64,000 bases of DNA from Selaginella moellendorffii (GCF_000143415.4 NW_003314428.1:144209-208208); one strand, 5' to 3'. Counted from the stretch's first letter, positions 1 to 14,268 are shown. Numbers and translations are program-made. Notes: generated by a model from the sequence alone, not told the origin.

Positions 1-60
1 CCTTGTGATCCTGGTCTCAGCTAGCAGCATATTGCGCTCTCGGAAGGGAAATTCACTGTG

Positions 61-2425
61 TGTGAGACACAAAATCCCTAGGCCCCAAAGTGGAGCCGAA
101 AGGGCACCATGTGGTAGTGGCCGAAGCGAAAGCCAAACGAGCATAACATGTTTGGACTAAAAGCTCCGACTTGAAAGGTCGAGAGCGGGAGTGGAACTCC
201 TAACAAAGTGCTCAAGGAATGAGCACGAAGCGAGCAATAAGCGAGGCTCTAAAAAGGAATCCAAAAAGGACCAACACATGACACTTGGAAGTATCCAAGA
301 TAGACCCGAGATGGAGTCCGAGATGGACCCAAGATGGAGTCCGAGATGGACCCAAGATGGAGTCCGAGATGGACCGAGACGAAGTCCGAGATGGAGTCCG
401 AGATGGATCCGAGATGGAGTCCGAGATGGACCCGAGATGGATTCCGAGATGGACCCCAGATGGAGTCCAAGATGGAGTCCAAGATGGAGTCCGAGATGGA
501 CCCGAGATGGAATCCGAGATGGAGTCCGAGAAGGACCCGAGATGGAGTCCGAGGTCGACACCGAGACCGGGACCGAGACCGAGACCAAGACCGAGACCGA
601 GACCGAGATCAGGACCGAGACCGAGGCCGAGGCCGAGGCCAAGACTGAGCCCGAGTCTGAGTCCGAGTCCAAGTCCAAGTCCCAGTCTGAGTCTGAGTCC
701 GAGTCCGAGTCCAAGTTTGAGTCTGAGAGGGTGAAAGCCCAAAACGTTCATCTCCCAGACCTTGGGGGGTTTGGTGAGCTCCAAAAGTAAAGTAGGGGGA
801 GGACTGCAATGGAGCCAGTTTAGCCAGAAAAGGCTAGTTTGGCCCAGAAAGGCCATACCCAGCTGTTGGGTGATGGGATGACCACTGGGAAGTCCAAGAC
901 TAGAGTGAATACGGACTGACAAGCAGGGTAGCTTGGTGAAGTGTTCAAGAGTCGGCTCTAGTTCCCCCGGGAGATCGACTGATTAATGCTCCCAGTCCAA
1001 GTGTGGGTGGCACTACCTACTTGGATACCTAGTGTGGCTCAACAGAACCTCGCTCTAAGCCCATGGCTAGAGCACCAAAAGGCGAGAGGTGGGGAGAGTA
1101 CCCATGAGGCTTGCGTAAGGCCACGGTGTTCCAAAATGTTGGCCCAAAGTCCCAAACTGTGGAAAGGAAGAGGAGTAGCCCTCTAGTGTGGTGACAAGGG
1201 ACACAGTCACATAGTAAGGAAGTCCTAGAGGATAGTTGGACTTAGTGGTCGGGCCTGTGGGCCTTGATCCAGTAGCAGTGTTGGTGAACACGGCCATGGA
1301 CAGGAAGGGACTTGGCGGGGACCGGAAAGGAAACATTGGGGAAGGCTATTCCCCATGTCTACAGGCATCCTAAGGATGCTATGGAGTGGATCTGGGATAG
1401 CCACTCATGGATGGATAGCATAGTCTTTGAGAGACGGGATTGTAATGCAGGTGGTGTTGGACCACCGATGTGACCAAGGTGAATGGGCATGGCCTAGCGT
1501 AACGGGCTGGTATGTCAGTGGTACCTTGGGGTGTCGGTCATGGGATCGAACACATGGAACACTTGGGCCAAGAACAAAAGTTGAGTGGCGTGGATGCCAT
1601 TCGTGGGGCTAGCAAGCCGCAAGTTCTAAATAGGACTTATGGAGGTTGTGAATGAGACTCCTCCAAGTGGTCGGAGATGCGAATGGTCGATGCTCCCAGT
1701 CCAAGTGTGGGTGGCACTACCTACTTGGATATCTGGTGTGGCTCAACAGGACCTCACTCTATGCCCATGGCTAGAGCACCTAAAGGTAAAAGGCGGGGAG
1801 AGTACCCATGAGGCCCGCGTAGGGCCACGGTGTTCCGAAATGTTGTCCCAAAGTCCCAGACTGTGGAAAAGAAGAGGAGTAGCCCTCTGATGTGGTTACT
1901 AAGGACACAGTCACACAATGAGGAAGTCCTAGAGGGCAGTGGGACTTAGTGGTCGGGCCCGTGGGCCTTGATCCAGTGGCAGTATTGGCGAACACAGTCA
2001 AGGACGAAAAGGGACTTGGTGGGGACCGGAAAGGAGATATTGAGGAGGGCTATTCCCCATGTCTGTGGGCATCCTAAGGATGCTAAGGAGTGGATCTGGG
2101 ATGACCACTCATGGTCGGATGGCCAGTCTTGGAGAGACGGGATTGCAATGCAGGTGGTGTTGGACCACCAATATGACCAAGGTGAATGGGCATGGCCTAG
2201 TGTAACAGGCTGGTATGTTGGTGGTACCTTGGGGTGTCGATCATGGGATCGGACACGTGGAGCACTTGTGCCAAGTGCAAAGGTTGAGTGGCATGGATGT
2301 CATTCTTGGGGCGAGCAAGCCCAAGTTTTGAATTGGACTTATGGAGGTTGTGAATGAGACTCCTCCACAGTGGTCAAAGGTATGGTTAAGTGACTAAAGT
2401 AGAATGGAAAATTTAGTCACTTACA
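61..2425 (+). mobile_element. Solo LTR of family A (non-autonomous Gypsy-like) with an internal ~705 bp tandem duplication
   Basis: Termini TGTGAGACAC...AGTCACTTACA match the LTR at 56540-58289. 5-bp TSD CTGTG at 56-60 and 2426-2430. Segment ~986-1675 is repeated at ~1691-2385. Confidence 0.9.
303..727. repeat. LTR-internal tandem array (GAGATGGAGTCC/GAGATGGACCC units, then GAGACC and GAGTCC hexamers)
   Basis: Directly visible. The same array recurs near 53610-53835, 54720-55290, 56775-57290 and 62585-63030. Confidence 0.95.
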
Positions 2426-2430
2426 CTGTG

Positions 2431-2865
2431 GTGCTCTTGGCTCATATGAAGTGGTGCCCCACTTGAGTACCTTGCAGCTCATTGGTCCTTGCCCTTCCTA
2501 GGGGCTTGGGCCTTCCCTTTGGGATGGAAGTGGGGGGGGGGGGGGGGGGTAGAGGTACCCAGACCAGGCTGTTAGGCCACGATGGTTTGCCCCAGCATCC
2601 TGAGGCAAGTGTTGCACCCAAGGCTTGGAATTTAGAGGGTCCCATGATCAAGTTTTGTTGTACCAAGGGATGTTAGGAACATGGAGGTTTGGTGTGCTTG
2701 GCTGCTTGTACTTGTAGAGAGTGTAGTCGAACCTTAAGTCCAGTCTAACCTGGGGAGGGGGATTGGGAGAAATTATGGAATCCGTGGATGGATGGCTAAC
2801 GCTCCGTTACTCATGCAGTGAGTAGCTGAAACCAAGTAAGACCAAGTAGGAGCTTGGGACTTACA
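2431..2865 (+). mobile_element. 3' part of a family B LTR, continuous with 1-55 and split by the family A solo LTR
   Basis: 1-60 joined to 2431 onward aligns with ~39570-40010 (GGGAAA...GTGGTGCCCCACTTGAGTACC). Ends in CTTACA. Confidence 0.8.
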
Positions 2866-2869
2866 ATTA

Positions 2870-4270
2870 ATTAATGATAAAGGAGTTGAAGTCAGCAAAC
2901 TCCTTAAGCTCATCCAAGAGGTTGCTGGATAGCTTCACGAATGAGATAGAATTTACCATCTTGGATAATGCATCAGCCACCTTATTGTCACCTCCATTCT
3001 TGTACCGGATCTTAATAGACATTTCCTACCGGAACTCTTGCCAACGAGCAAAGCAGCCTCAAAGATCCATATCTGGAGAGACTAATGATCTGAATCTATA
3101 TGGAAGTTCGATCCATACAGATAATATTGCCATTTCTTCATAGCAACAATCACAATATACAACTCATTGTTGTGAGTAGGCTGATTCCATTGTGTGGCAT
3201 CAAACTTGTGGCTCATGAATGTGAGAGAATGCCTAACTTGAAGCAATACGGCCCCAAAAGCACTATCACTGACATTATTGCTCATAATGTCCACCACAAT
3301 CATCTTATCATTCATTGACCTCTTTAGAACAATCCTTGCTTTGATGTCCAGCCCTATAGCAATGAAAACAATTACCTTCTGCCTTGTCTTTCTTTCGCTA
3401 GTCCAAACAAAGTTTCTTAGCCTCACTGCCATCTTCATTCTCTGAGCCACAATAGAACAACAGCCTTTTCTTCCTTGAATATGAAGCATTAGCAAGCTGG
3501 TCATCACGTTGACCACCCCGTAGACCATCCTGTTGACCAGAGTTGACCAAGTTGACTGATGGTTTGGGCGAAAAGATTTGAGCCTTAGTGATAGCATCAG
3601 TCAATGTTGCACAAAAATATCTATCTTCACCTTATCCTCACAAGGATTATGAGACCAACAACTTTCCCACAATTCCAACCAAGAATCAACCTCTTGCTAT
3701 CACAAACATCCGGTGATGATTTCCATTCCACAATACCATAATCCTTGGCATGTTTGACGTACCAATGGTAATCACGAACATGAGATTGATTCAACCCTTG
3801 AGGGTCCATGCAAAGCAAGAAATCCTTAATGAGATTGACAGAATCCTTAACCTCCTTTATGGCGCTCTGAACCGCAGAAATCTGGCATCCTTGCCACACA
3901 ATGACATCATCAAGAGTCTCTTCTGCTTCATCATGGCCATCATCAATAACACCATATTCCTCATCAAGATCAATATCTTGCTCACCCGCCATCCCCAAAA
4001 GAATGTGCTGCTCCGATACCAATGAAACGAACAAGAGAGCAAACCCTAGACCAATCTCCCAACCCTTAAGGCGTTATGGCCTTAAATCCCACAGGCTATG
4101 AAATATTCTTGGAATATTCCTATGGTTCATATTAATGGGGTACCTCCTCCTCACGTTTGGGCACCGGTATGCAAAAATCGTCCAGACACTATCTGACATC
4201 GTTTTGCATGTAGGTGTTGGATACAGGGAGTTGGTGCTTGTGGGATTGAACCAAACTCTCATTTCGTAGT
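2870..4270 (-). mobile_element. Degenerate, internally deleted Ty3/Gypsy element (LTR end, Met PBS, RNase H remnant; family C)
   Basis: Minus-strand TGGTATCGGAGC PBS at ~4010-4021. RNase H-like DSAFGAVLLQ...ELYIVIVAMKKWQYYLYGSNFHIDSDH and downstream NKVADALS. Confidence 0.75.
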
Positions 4271-4289
4271 GCAATAGGCTTGGAGTTCA

Positions 4290-4750
4290 GCTCTAAATTC
4301 AGGTGTGCTACACCAGTTTAGCCAAGAAAGGCTAGTGTGACCAAGGAAGGCTATATCCAAGTGGTGGGTGATGCTATAACCACTAAGGAGTCCAAGGCTA
4401 GAGTTAACACAAACGAATAAGTGGGGTAACTTAGTGAAGTGTTCAAGAGATGGCTCTAGCTCCCCCGAGAGATTGAATGGTCAATGCTCCCAATCCAACT
4501 ATGGGTGGCACTATCTACTTGGATGCCTGGTATGGCTCATCGGAATCTTGCTCTAGCCTCATGGCTAGGGCACCCAAAGGCAGAAGGTGGGGAAAGTACC
4601 CACGAGGCTCAGGTAGGGCCATGGTGTTTCGAAATGTTGTCTCAACGTCCCAAACTATAGAAAGGAAGAGGAGCAGTTTTCTTGTGTAGTGACTAATGAT
4701 GCAGTCATATGGCAAGGAAGTCCCAAAAGTCAATGGGATGTAGTGGTTGC
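4290..4750 (+). mobile_element. Diverged fragment of a family A LTR
   Basis: Similar to ~815-1250. Confidence 0.75.
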
Positions 4751-4865
4751 TCAAAAATGCATTATGATTGTAAATATAAGTGATAAAGATGCTTGAAGTT
4801 ATTTCTTGGAAGGGTTAAGCTTACTATCTCATAATGAGATTTTGAAGTTCAAGCCAAAGATGTAT

Positions 4866-5132
4866 CTAGAGTGTAAAGAGGTAGTAGAACAAGTTGACTT
4901 CAGTCATTTGCTCATACCCATATGCTGGTATCTTAGACAATAATAGAAACTCTTTGAATAAACAAAGTGATTGGAAATAGAGGATGGAAGGAAGGTAGTT
5001 GCTGGTGGTAGCCAAAAACCATCTTTGTAAATTGTTCCTTTTGAGCCTCCAGGGTGGATTGGTCTTAAGCCAAATCAAAAGATGTCGTGGGACACAGTCA
5101 AAAGCTTTGGTTACATAACCCAGGAGTAACAC
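4866..5132 (-). pseudogene. Relic of a non-LTR (LINE) reverse transcriptase
   Basis: VTKAFDCVPRHLL resembles the LINE RT DxxKAFDxV motif. The surroundings are AT-rich and decayed. Confidence 0.5.
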
Positions 5133-6398
5133 TCAGTTTGCATGAAAAATAGCAGTTCATATGGTTCACTTTTGATTCCACCTTGGGAATTAGGGATTTG
5201 TGTTTTACACTTACCTTGAGACATGTTGGTTATGGTGGTCTTGCAAGTACTATGCTGTGAAATAGATAGTGGTGAAGCACTAAACCATTTTATTTATATT
5301 TGCTATCAAAAGGTTTGGGTTACAATGCTCAATTTTTTTCTGGAGAACCTTGCTATTGCTTCTTGAGTAATGTGGTGTTGGATTAATTTTAAGTTTAGTT
5401 AGAAAGAGAGTGATTTGAGCTTCACTATGTTATAAAAAAAGTTGGTGGTGTTGGATATTGTAAATCTCTATTAGTGAGGTGTAACATTTCTGTTGCATTT
5501 TCCTACTAAGAGTATGCACTTGATACTAGTGTAAACCCTTTTAGTGGGCTTGCTCATGGTGTGATGAATCATATCCTTATGATTGAGAGTAATATATTTA
5601 TAAAGTTTCTTGGTTAAATAATGATTTCCTACTTAGAGTAGGCACTTGATACTAGTGTAAACCTTTTTAGTGGGCTTGCTCATGGTGTGGATCAATTGAT
5701 GAATCATATCCTTATAATTGAGAGTAATGTATTTATAAAGTTTCTTGGTTAAATAATGATCAGCCCTAAAGTGGTTAATGGTGATGCTAGTCTACTTATT
5801 ATTAATAGCTTTGTAGTAGTTTTGACTGGGTTCTTGAAAGTGATCCATTATACTAAGCTAGTGTCAGTATCTTAATTCCTTGAAAGTTTGAGGTTTTAGA
5901 AAGGTTGTAGCATTCATTTGCTATAGCTTGTTGGTGAATTCGTTAGCACTTGGAATAAATTGTGTGTAGTTGAGGCATTAATAGTGCTAGCACTTATGTT
6001 AGTGAAAGTAGCATTGTTATATCGAGTGATAAACAATTTTCTTTAGAGTTTATTTTTTCATGTAATTTTTCTTGTTAATGTTTTGGCATTATACTAGATC
6101 TTGAAGGTGATTGAAGAAGAGTGTAAGGGCAATATGGATATTCAAAAAATGTCTTCATAATAAAATTTTGGGTATTCATTAATATTTGTAGAAATTGTTA
6201 TCAGATGTCAGATATATGGGTATGATGTTAGACATTTATGCATTCTATTTAGTCATGAGAAGTTGTGTTGAGGTGAGGTGAATGTATATAAGGTTGTAGG
6301 TAGGAGGAAATTGATTGAGTCTTGAGAATTTGCATTCGTGGATACCTAAAAACCATTTTGTTTTCATTAGTCATTGCAAACTAATGAAGGAGTTGGAG

Positions 6399-6530
6399 TT
6401 GACTTCAATTAACTTCAATCTTAGTAAGTAGTTTATATAATATTGACTTCAATTAACTTCAATCTTAGTAAGTAGTTTATATAATATTGACTTCAATTAA
6501 CTTCAATCTTAGTAAGTAGTTTATATAATA
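6399..6530. repeat. Three tandem copies of a 44-bp unit
   Basis: TTGACTTCAATTAACTTCAATCTTAGTAAGTAGTTTATATAATA x3, with no spacers. Confidence 0.9.
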
Positions 6531-8760
6531 TAGCCTAAAAGGGATGCTAAAATTTTGGGCTAATGCAATTGAGTTGGATAGAGTCTAGAGTTAGAGTACA
6601 AAAGTGGCCATTGTGCTTTTTTAGAAAAGACCTTGTGCCTATAATTTTTTTTCAATTTGCCTTGGGTTAGACTATATAAGAGTAATAAAATCTCATTGAT
6701 CTTCACTTGGTCTTGATGGCTTTACACCTTGGCTGAGGATAGTGATGTCCAACTTTGTTACTTGTAGTTTAGGTGTTAGTACCTGTATTATAGCTTTACC
6801 CATTAGGAGGTTGTATATAAGTCCATTTCATGATCTTCACTTTAGTTTCAATTGAGTGTTAGTTATTCGCAGCTAGCCTTTATAGTCATACTTAGAGCTA
6901 TTAACTAAACCTATTAGTAAGCTTATTGCAGTTTGGATTTGAATAGTCATTTAGTTCAGACTTGTTTATATTCCTATACATTATACTTAGAGTGTTACCT
7001 TTTTGTTAAACAAGTATATAACTCAATGATATAAGTTTTTGTTTGGGTCTTATAAAGGCAAATTGAAGAGTGATTGTTAGTTGCTTTGTGACTAGTGATT
7101 GCTTATAGATTTCATCAAGGATTGTTAACCTTGCTTTGCTGGATGATAATTTAGTAGTGATAAGCTTGCTTATTAGATAGTATTGTGGAGGTCATGTTGT
7201 TGGACTAGCATATTTTTTCCATGTTGGCATATTAATTCCACCTTTGTTAATATTGTTTAGTTGTGTTAGGGTGTAGTGTTAGATTGTACTAAGGTTAAAA
7301 GGTAGTGATTCACTCATTGATATGTTATCTATAATTGGATATTGATGAAGGATTGACCTCGAATACTAAGTAGATATCTTTGACCTTGGTTAGCTTAGTT
7401 GCTAAAAAGTTTTAAGTGGTGATTTACTCTTGCTTTCTTTTAGTTTTGTTCTAAAATTGGTGGCAATGAAGTGATGCTTTGACATTAACATTGTTGAAGT
7501 TGAGATTGGAGTGAGATGCAATATTCTCCATAAGCATATTGAGGAAGTTTGATATTTCCATTTATGGTGATTCAGATGGTTGGTGATTGGTTAAACTTCA
7601 TTGCCTTATTAGAGATTAATATTTTGTTTCATTAGTCTTGATAAAGATGACATGTTCCTTAGATCATGGCGATCAGCTTGCTCCAACAGGAACTACAAGA
7701 AATTCTCACAGCGATCTCCTTGACTTGCACTCTTGATCAGCTTGCAAATGTGACATACATGGAGTTTACAGTTGTTGCTACTCCAGATTCCTTGTTCTTC
7801 AGTACCTTCACTGCTTCTTAATCTGGAGATTAGGGTACCACTTTGTGGCTCAGTTCTTGAGGAAGTAAGGACCTGCTTGTCAAAATGAAGCAAGCAGTTC
7901 TCAGTAGCAAGTGATAAAATCTGTTTCTGGCTCTCACATCCAGAAGATTGGTGGTACTCGTCATAGCGGTAGTTGTCGTTGTTAAAGTTGAAGATACATA
8001 GCTCGCCTCTGTGTCTCTTTCCGTTTCTGCTGGATTCTCCAAGAAAGTTCACTCTACCATTATGGAAACTGTTTGTCAGGCCTCCAATCCGGTAAGAGGC
8101 AAGGCTGAAGCTCTATAACACAGGGAAAAGAGGTTTAGTGAATCGCATAGCACAAGGTATATAAGATCGAATGTGCTTGGACTCGTACTGTTCATCTTTT
8201 TTACTGTAGTTATTATCATTTTCTTTTCCTGATTTTGTTCCTCGGGGCCTTCTTTCAATCCTTACTGTACAAGGTTTTTTTCTCTCTGCCATGGAAACCT
8301 TAGAGAGTCTCTTAGGGTCGACATGAATCAATGACAAGGTATCGCTAAGAAGTACTTTTTAACCTTCAACTCCTGAGGTGTACCATTAGGAAATGACGGC
8401 GAGTGGTTAACGAGAATTCAAATATGTTTCCCAGAAATTAGGTGTGAACGATCTAATACTAACGCGTGAATCTAAGCAGTAATGAAGAGCCAAGTCGTAA
8501 TCGTTAATATACAGAAGAAAGAAAGAATCAACAAACCTGTAGATGTATGAGTGCAAAGGTCACAAGAAAAGTATCAGTAGATCCTCAAGTTAAATTTATG
8601 CGTATTAGGATTGTCGCATAGTTTTGCAGAAAATCGTCCATAGGAACTGCATGGAAATAAAAATTAGGCAGCTAGCACGCTCCTTTTTCTTTTTCTTTTT
8701 GTTTAGAAAAGCTCGCTTGCCATAGGTAGAATGTCCTGCATGCAAAAGTCCCTATTTAAA

Positions 8761-10704
8761 TTAATCTCTAAAAGAGAGAGACCTTAATGTATGTTTGAGT
8801 GCCAGAAGATGTGGGCCTGATCCAAAAGCTTGTGCTCGGTACAGTTGAATCGTCAAGCTGCATTGAGCCGAGAGGCAAAGAAAGTATGTCCTCAACAGAT
8901 ATAACATGCACTGATCCTTTCTCTGAGAAAAAGCCCTGAGAACTGAAGTATCAAAAGATGGCTTACTTGTTTCTTTTGCCTCCGTCCACATACTAAATGA
9001 AGCTTCAAGATCTTGCTTATCAGCATGGTCAAGGCTCTCAAAGTTTCGACTTGCAACACGCAATGATATTGCAGTTCGGATCAAATGCCTGCACAAAAAT
9101 CAACTCACATAAATTTAAAAGGTCTTGTGCTCGTACTTGAGAAATCTTTTTCTTTGTTGAAAGTTTAGCTTGTCCAAAGAGGTTGGTAGGTGAGGCCAAG
9201 CATCGATTTCTTCGACTGTATCTTCGGCACTGTTACAACCTGACAGGGATAAGTAATAGGTTTTTCAAACTTATACCCAGCACATTCATCTGTCCGTGCT
9301 TTGAGTAGCCTTTCGACTTCTAAGTCTTGAATGCAACCATACAAAAACTTCATTGCAGCTTCTGCTGGACCTGTGCATTCAGCTGCTGCAGATTTTTCTT
9401 CAATTACTTCTTTTATTTTCTCTAATTGCTGAAACAGACAGTACAAAGTTGAGTTTTGAGCTTTTAGCATAAAGTTTCTATTTACCTTTTTTTCTCCCCG
9501 AACATCTTCCTTCAATGCTTCATTACGCCCTAATAGTTGTTCCAAGTCTTCTTCCTCCATTTTTCTTTCCATTTTATTTGCGAGATATTTCTCTGTTCAC
9601 ACATACTAAAACGTTTGTGATAGTGTTAAACGAGAAATCACCAAACCTCTAAGTTTAAAGACAAGCATCCTCATGGTCTTTTGATATGTTCCATTTCTTC
9701 TTATTAGATCATCTTCAAGCTACGTAAAGTATGCTGAGGTTGAATAAAGCGAAACATAAAAGCCCACTTCTTTTGCAAGGAGAATATGACGATGCATTCT
9801 AATGTTTTCTTCTACAAATTTCTCGTTCTTGTGCAGCAGTCCTTCCGTCTGTTTGATATGCACCACAAGCTCCCTAGACAGGTGCTCGTTTTCTATTATA
9901 GTTTTTTTCGTTTTCTGCATTTATAGCACGTCAATTCGCTTAATGTATCCATACAAGGAAACATACTGCATGGAGTTGCTCATGCGCTTGTTTTATCATG
10001 AGCTTCCTAGTATCCTCTATCCGAACAGCCATTTCCTTTTTAAGTCTTTCTCTTTCCTGAAGTGTTGCTCTTTCTACGTCACTTATAGATTCCTGGTGCT
10101 CCTTCTTCTCTCTCTCAAGCTGCTCTTTTAAGCTAGTTTAAAGAGAATGATTGCAGAAACTTCCACTGTAAAAACAATCGATTACCTCTTTGTTTCTTGT
10201 TCCAAAGCTTGCTTGGTCATCGTAAACTCGTTCAGATCTCGCAACTGGACTTGAGCATTGTCAAGCTGTAGCCGAAGATCTTCCAAAATAAACTTGCATC
10301 CATGCCTCATGTCTTGAATCTCTTTTGCTAAAGCCTCTGCGGATTCTGTTTTCTCTGCTTTAAGAGTTGTCAGCTCTTTTTCCAGACGTCCTGCTTTTTC
10401 TCCCTTTATCTTCACCTCTCTGCCAAATGAATGAAGAGACGGAAGTTTTTGTAAAATCCACTTACCCTGTCAAATATATAATAATATCATTGAATTTTTC
10501 TCCACGCTCCACGGCTTCAGAACGAATCTGGAGAATACTTCCAGCTAGCTTCTGTGATTCTTCTTCAAGCGCTTTCAGTTTTTCAAGCAGCTGCAAGATC
10601 TCGGCCTCCCTCTCACCGACTTTACGTTTTAAAATAGTTACTTCATCCTCGACAGGACCTTCATCTTTTTTCTTCCCTCCTTTTCCACCTTTCTTTGGTG
10701 CCAT
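8761..10704 (-). CDS. CFAP157: Cilia- and flagella-associated protein 157-like coiled-coil protein (multi-exon)
   Basis: Starts MAPKKGGKGGKKK at ATG 10704. GT-AG introns 10420-10465, 10133-10185 and 9915-9966 join in frame. LNEF..KQALE, ERERLKKEM and TKKTIIENEHLSREL follow the CFAP157/BBOF1 family pattern. Stop at 8761. The 3' exons were not fully resolved, and the BBOF1 paralogue is not excluded. Confidence 0.7.
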
Positions 10705-11184
10705 ATTGAGACACCTAACAACCCTAAATCCACATTCATTAGGCAATTGTTCATGTTTTAAATGCCCAACTAAGAAGCATGGGATGGATATATAGGAAAC
10801 TATTTGGCATTCCTCAAATCGCTGGTTTCCAGCTTGAAATATCTAATCTTGTTAAGTCTTGTAGCATCAGAAATATTTTCCTGGGCACACATTCTTGAGA
10901 ATGGCAGGGATTATTCCTGTGCTGATTTCCCGGCATGTGAACTCTTCATAAAGCGTGAAATTTGCCATATCATAAATTCGGAGAAACATTTCAAACACTC
11001 GTCGAATCAAGTAAAGCCATATCTTTGCTCAACAATTAAATAAATCTGTTTGTGTTTGGTTACATTGAGCATCATCTCAGAAACATTTTGTTTCTTCAGT
11101 GATGAACGTGAAAGGCAACCGAAGAACATAGCTCCGTGGATTGAACTGCTGCAGCACTGCAAGCAACACTAGGCTTCCACAGCA

Positions 11185-11857
11185 TCATGGTGCATCATCA
11201 CCCAGAAGTAGCCCTGTCGAAGCATCAGCTGAGCCCAGACATAGCTCAGGTGCTAAAGCTTGAAGAACCTCAAGAACCTCCTGCTCCAGGCACTGGAGAA
11301 CGCCATTGGAAGTACGCCAGTATAAGGATCTGGTGAGTAGATGATAGGCTCCGTACCTTAGCTGGGCCGTCCAAAAGGACAGCCACGTATGCTGAGGCAG
11401 AGCCCTCACCCAAGCGACCATGAAGTTGGAGGGTACATGGCATAGCCTGCATGTTGACTGCTGCCACCAGGGATTGAGAACATGCTTCTGCTTGATTGTG
11501 AAATCTGGATGTGATCCAGGAAAGAAGAAGAGCTTTCACACGAAAAATGATATGGCTCCCAAGCAGGATGTGTCAGAAGTGTCGAAGTGTGTATACCCCT
11601 GCGACTACTTTCTTTTCCAGGGTCACATACTTCTGCTCTGAATCTGTGAAAGAGTGTGAAGTGAAGTAGGTAGCATGTACGAAGATTTATTGGCAAAATC
11701 ACACTTGGGCTTGGCATTCAATTTAAAGAGCATTCAAGATAATTCAAATAATGCATTAATGCATTACAAGAAAGCCATAGTCTCCTTCCTCAAAAGCCAT
11801 GGATTGGAACAAGGTGATGTAAGCAAAAAGAAATATATGCAACTCAACAAGTTGTAA
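11185..11857 (+). pseudogene. Possible TPR-repeat gene relic
   Basis: Broken frames give HPEVALSKHQL..AQVL, KNLLLQALE and LAKSHLGLAFNL...ALMHYKKA, which resemble TPR helices. Stops and frameshifts present. Confidence 0.35.
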
Positions 11858-12689
11858 TTGTGACTTTGTGTATTGAAAGATACTTGTCAGCTAGTCTTTT
11901 TAGATATTTTTTCTTACTGTCATGACAGCAGGAGGTGGATACTGTTAATTCCCTTTGTTAGTCTCCACCAAAGCTAGTAACTAGTAACTAGTAATCACAT
12001 GTGCACTTGACCAGAAAAGTATAATGACAGAATTTCTAGATATTATTAGTCAAGTATACTTACCTGGTTAGAAAAACTCATTCCTTGGCTTGTATTTGCT
12101 AGTGCTAAGAACCCCAACAATATTGTGTCTAATCCCTCAATATTGCTAAATGATAAATTGCCATGTCCACTAGAACCCTCACTATCATGCCTCTTATGTT
12201 GACTATCTCTTGGGATTGGGGGTGATAGCCCAAGCTTTCATGTTACCCTCCAACCTTGCAAAGATTTTTGCCACCATTAAAAAATATTGCATTGTGTAAT
12301 ATATGCATTCAATAATGGTCATCTAAGTCTGCCACTTTTCCTGCAATAATATTTATGATATCAACAACAAAATGTAGAATATGATCCAAGGACTATATAA
12401 GGAGGAGCCCCTCAAGATATAAAGCTTTGAAACATAGAGTGTTGTCAATTGGCATTGCGTGGAATTAACTGGGGGGGCGGGGGTTGATATGGGTGGTTTC
12501 AAATATATAGTAAAGATAGTGGTTGGAAGTATAGTGGACAACTAAAACATTAGTTTGGCACTATGTTGCTCTTTGTTTTTTGGGTCCCTGAACATCATAA
12601 GCTGAAGTTTGTGGTGGCTGCTTTACACACGAAGGGGTCAAAGAAGCAGAAGTTCTTTGTGAAGAATTATAGGCAAGGTTGACATAAAC

Positions 12690-12915
12690 TATAGGAATAT
12701 TCTAAGAATATACCATGGCCTGTGGGATTTAAGGCTGTAATGCCTTAAAGGTTGGGAGGTTGGCCTAGGGTTCAGTCTCTTATTCGTTTCATTGGTATCA
12801 GAGTACGACGTTCTTTAGGATGGTGGATGGTGAGATGTTGATTTTGGTGAGGAGTATGGTGTTAGTGATGATGGTCATCACGATGAGGAAGAAATTCTTG
12901 ATGATGTCGTTGTCA
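12690..12915 (+). mobile_element. Family C LTR 3' end, Met PBS and leader fragment
   Basis: Matches the reverse complement of ~3900-4125. TGGTATCAGAG at ~12793. Confidence 0.75.
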
Positions 12916-13803
12916 CTTCAAGGTTTACACGGACAATGTGGCAACGAAACACTTCTTGTCACAGCCCGACCTGAGAGGGAAACAAGGTCGGTTGGCCAAT
13001 GCTTTGGCCAAGTTTGATTACGAGATTCTGTACAAGCCAGGGAAGAGCAACATCATGGCAGATGTGCTAAGTTGAAAAGCGAGCTTGAAGTTGGCGATAT
13101 CCAGCGTGACAGCAACCTTTTGGGACGATGTGCAGACAGCATATGAGAACGATGGTCTAGCACAAGAAGTGTTGCTGAGGAATTTGGAGGCACGGAAAGC
13201 TCACTAGAGAGGTGAGCTGCCAACGGAAGAGAAAACGGGCTATGCGGAATGCAATGGACTCATCTATTACAAGCAAATGAGGATGTATGTTCCAGAAGGG
13301 GAACTAAGGAAGGTTGTCATGACGGACCTCTTGCGGGACACGGTACAGTGCCCAAGACGATGGGCTTACTCAAGAGGAAATACCACTGGCCAAATATGGC
13401 TAAGGATGTCCAAGACTATATAAAGACATGCCCAACATGTCAGTAGGTCAAAGCCGTGACTAAGGCTAGAGGGGGCTTGTTACAAAGCATCCAATTCCCG
13501 ATCGTCCGTGGAAATGTCTTATGATGGACTTCATCACGGGACCCCCCCCAAGTGAGGGGTTCGATGCGATATTCGTGGTGGTGGACCAATTTTCGAAGAT
13601 GGCACATTTCATACCCACCACAACGAAAGTGGATGCGGAAGGTGTGGTGAAGCTGTTTTTCAAACAAGTGGTTCGAGTGCGGGGAAGGCCAGAAGAGATT
13701 ATCTCAGATCGAGATAAGATCTTCACCAGTAGGTTCTGGTGAACTCTCCTGGACCAGTATCGCACCAAGTTGAAATTCAGCATAGCCTATCACCCACAGA
13801 CAA

Positions 13804-13850
13804 GTATGGGGTATTAAGTCAAGTTTGATGGCACTAACACTTCTTGACAG
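13804..13850 (+). other. Putative 47-bp spliceosomal intron in the integrase core
   Basis: GTATGG...CACTAAC...TTGACAG. Removal fixes a frameshift and restores HPQT(N/D)GQMERVN. Confidence 0.8.
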
Positions 13851-14268
13851 ATGGACAAATGGAAAGGGTGAATAGGTAACTGGAGGATTATTTGTGATGC
13901 TATGTCTTGGGAGACCAGACCGATTAGGTAAGTCATTTGGGACTTGCGAAAATGTGTTATAACAACTCACCACATTCGAGTATTAGGGTGAGTCCATGAG
14001 AAGTCATTAATGGGCGAGCTATTGAAGGTCCTGTGGAACTCGGCGTGGCCGAGTATCATGGAGAGTTACCCGCAGTGGAGGCATTCACGGCAGAAAGACT
14101 CAACATTTGGAATCTAGTGAGGGATTCCTTGGAACGGGCTCAACAAAGGCAAACCAAGTACGCGAACCAGAAGTGCCGGGATGTAGAGTTCCAAGCTGGG
14201 GAAAAGGTGTGGCTGAACACCAAGAACCTCAGGCTACCAAGAGGGATCAGCCGGAAGTTGACCCAAAG

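Noticed and set aside
303-560. CRISPR-like appearance of the repeat arrays
   Set aside because: No unique spacers, no cas genes, and a eukaryotic LTR context.
157-922. Long ORFs such as WSPRWSPRW, ESESES and LGLGLG (also at 53500-55650, 56535-57515 and 62366-63307)
   Set aside because: They are stop-free translations of LTR tandem repeats, open in several frames on both strands.
7660-8340. Short ORFs downstream of CFAP157-like
   Set aside because: No coherent exon chain. At most a faint integrase-like relic (HFVAQFLRK), too weak to call.
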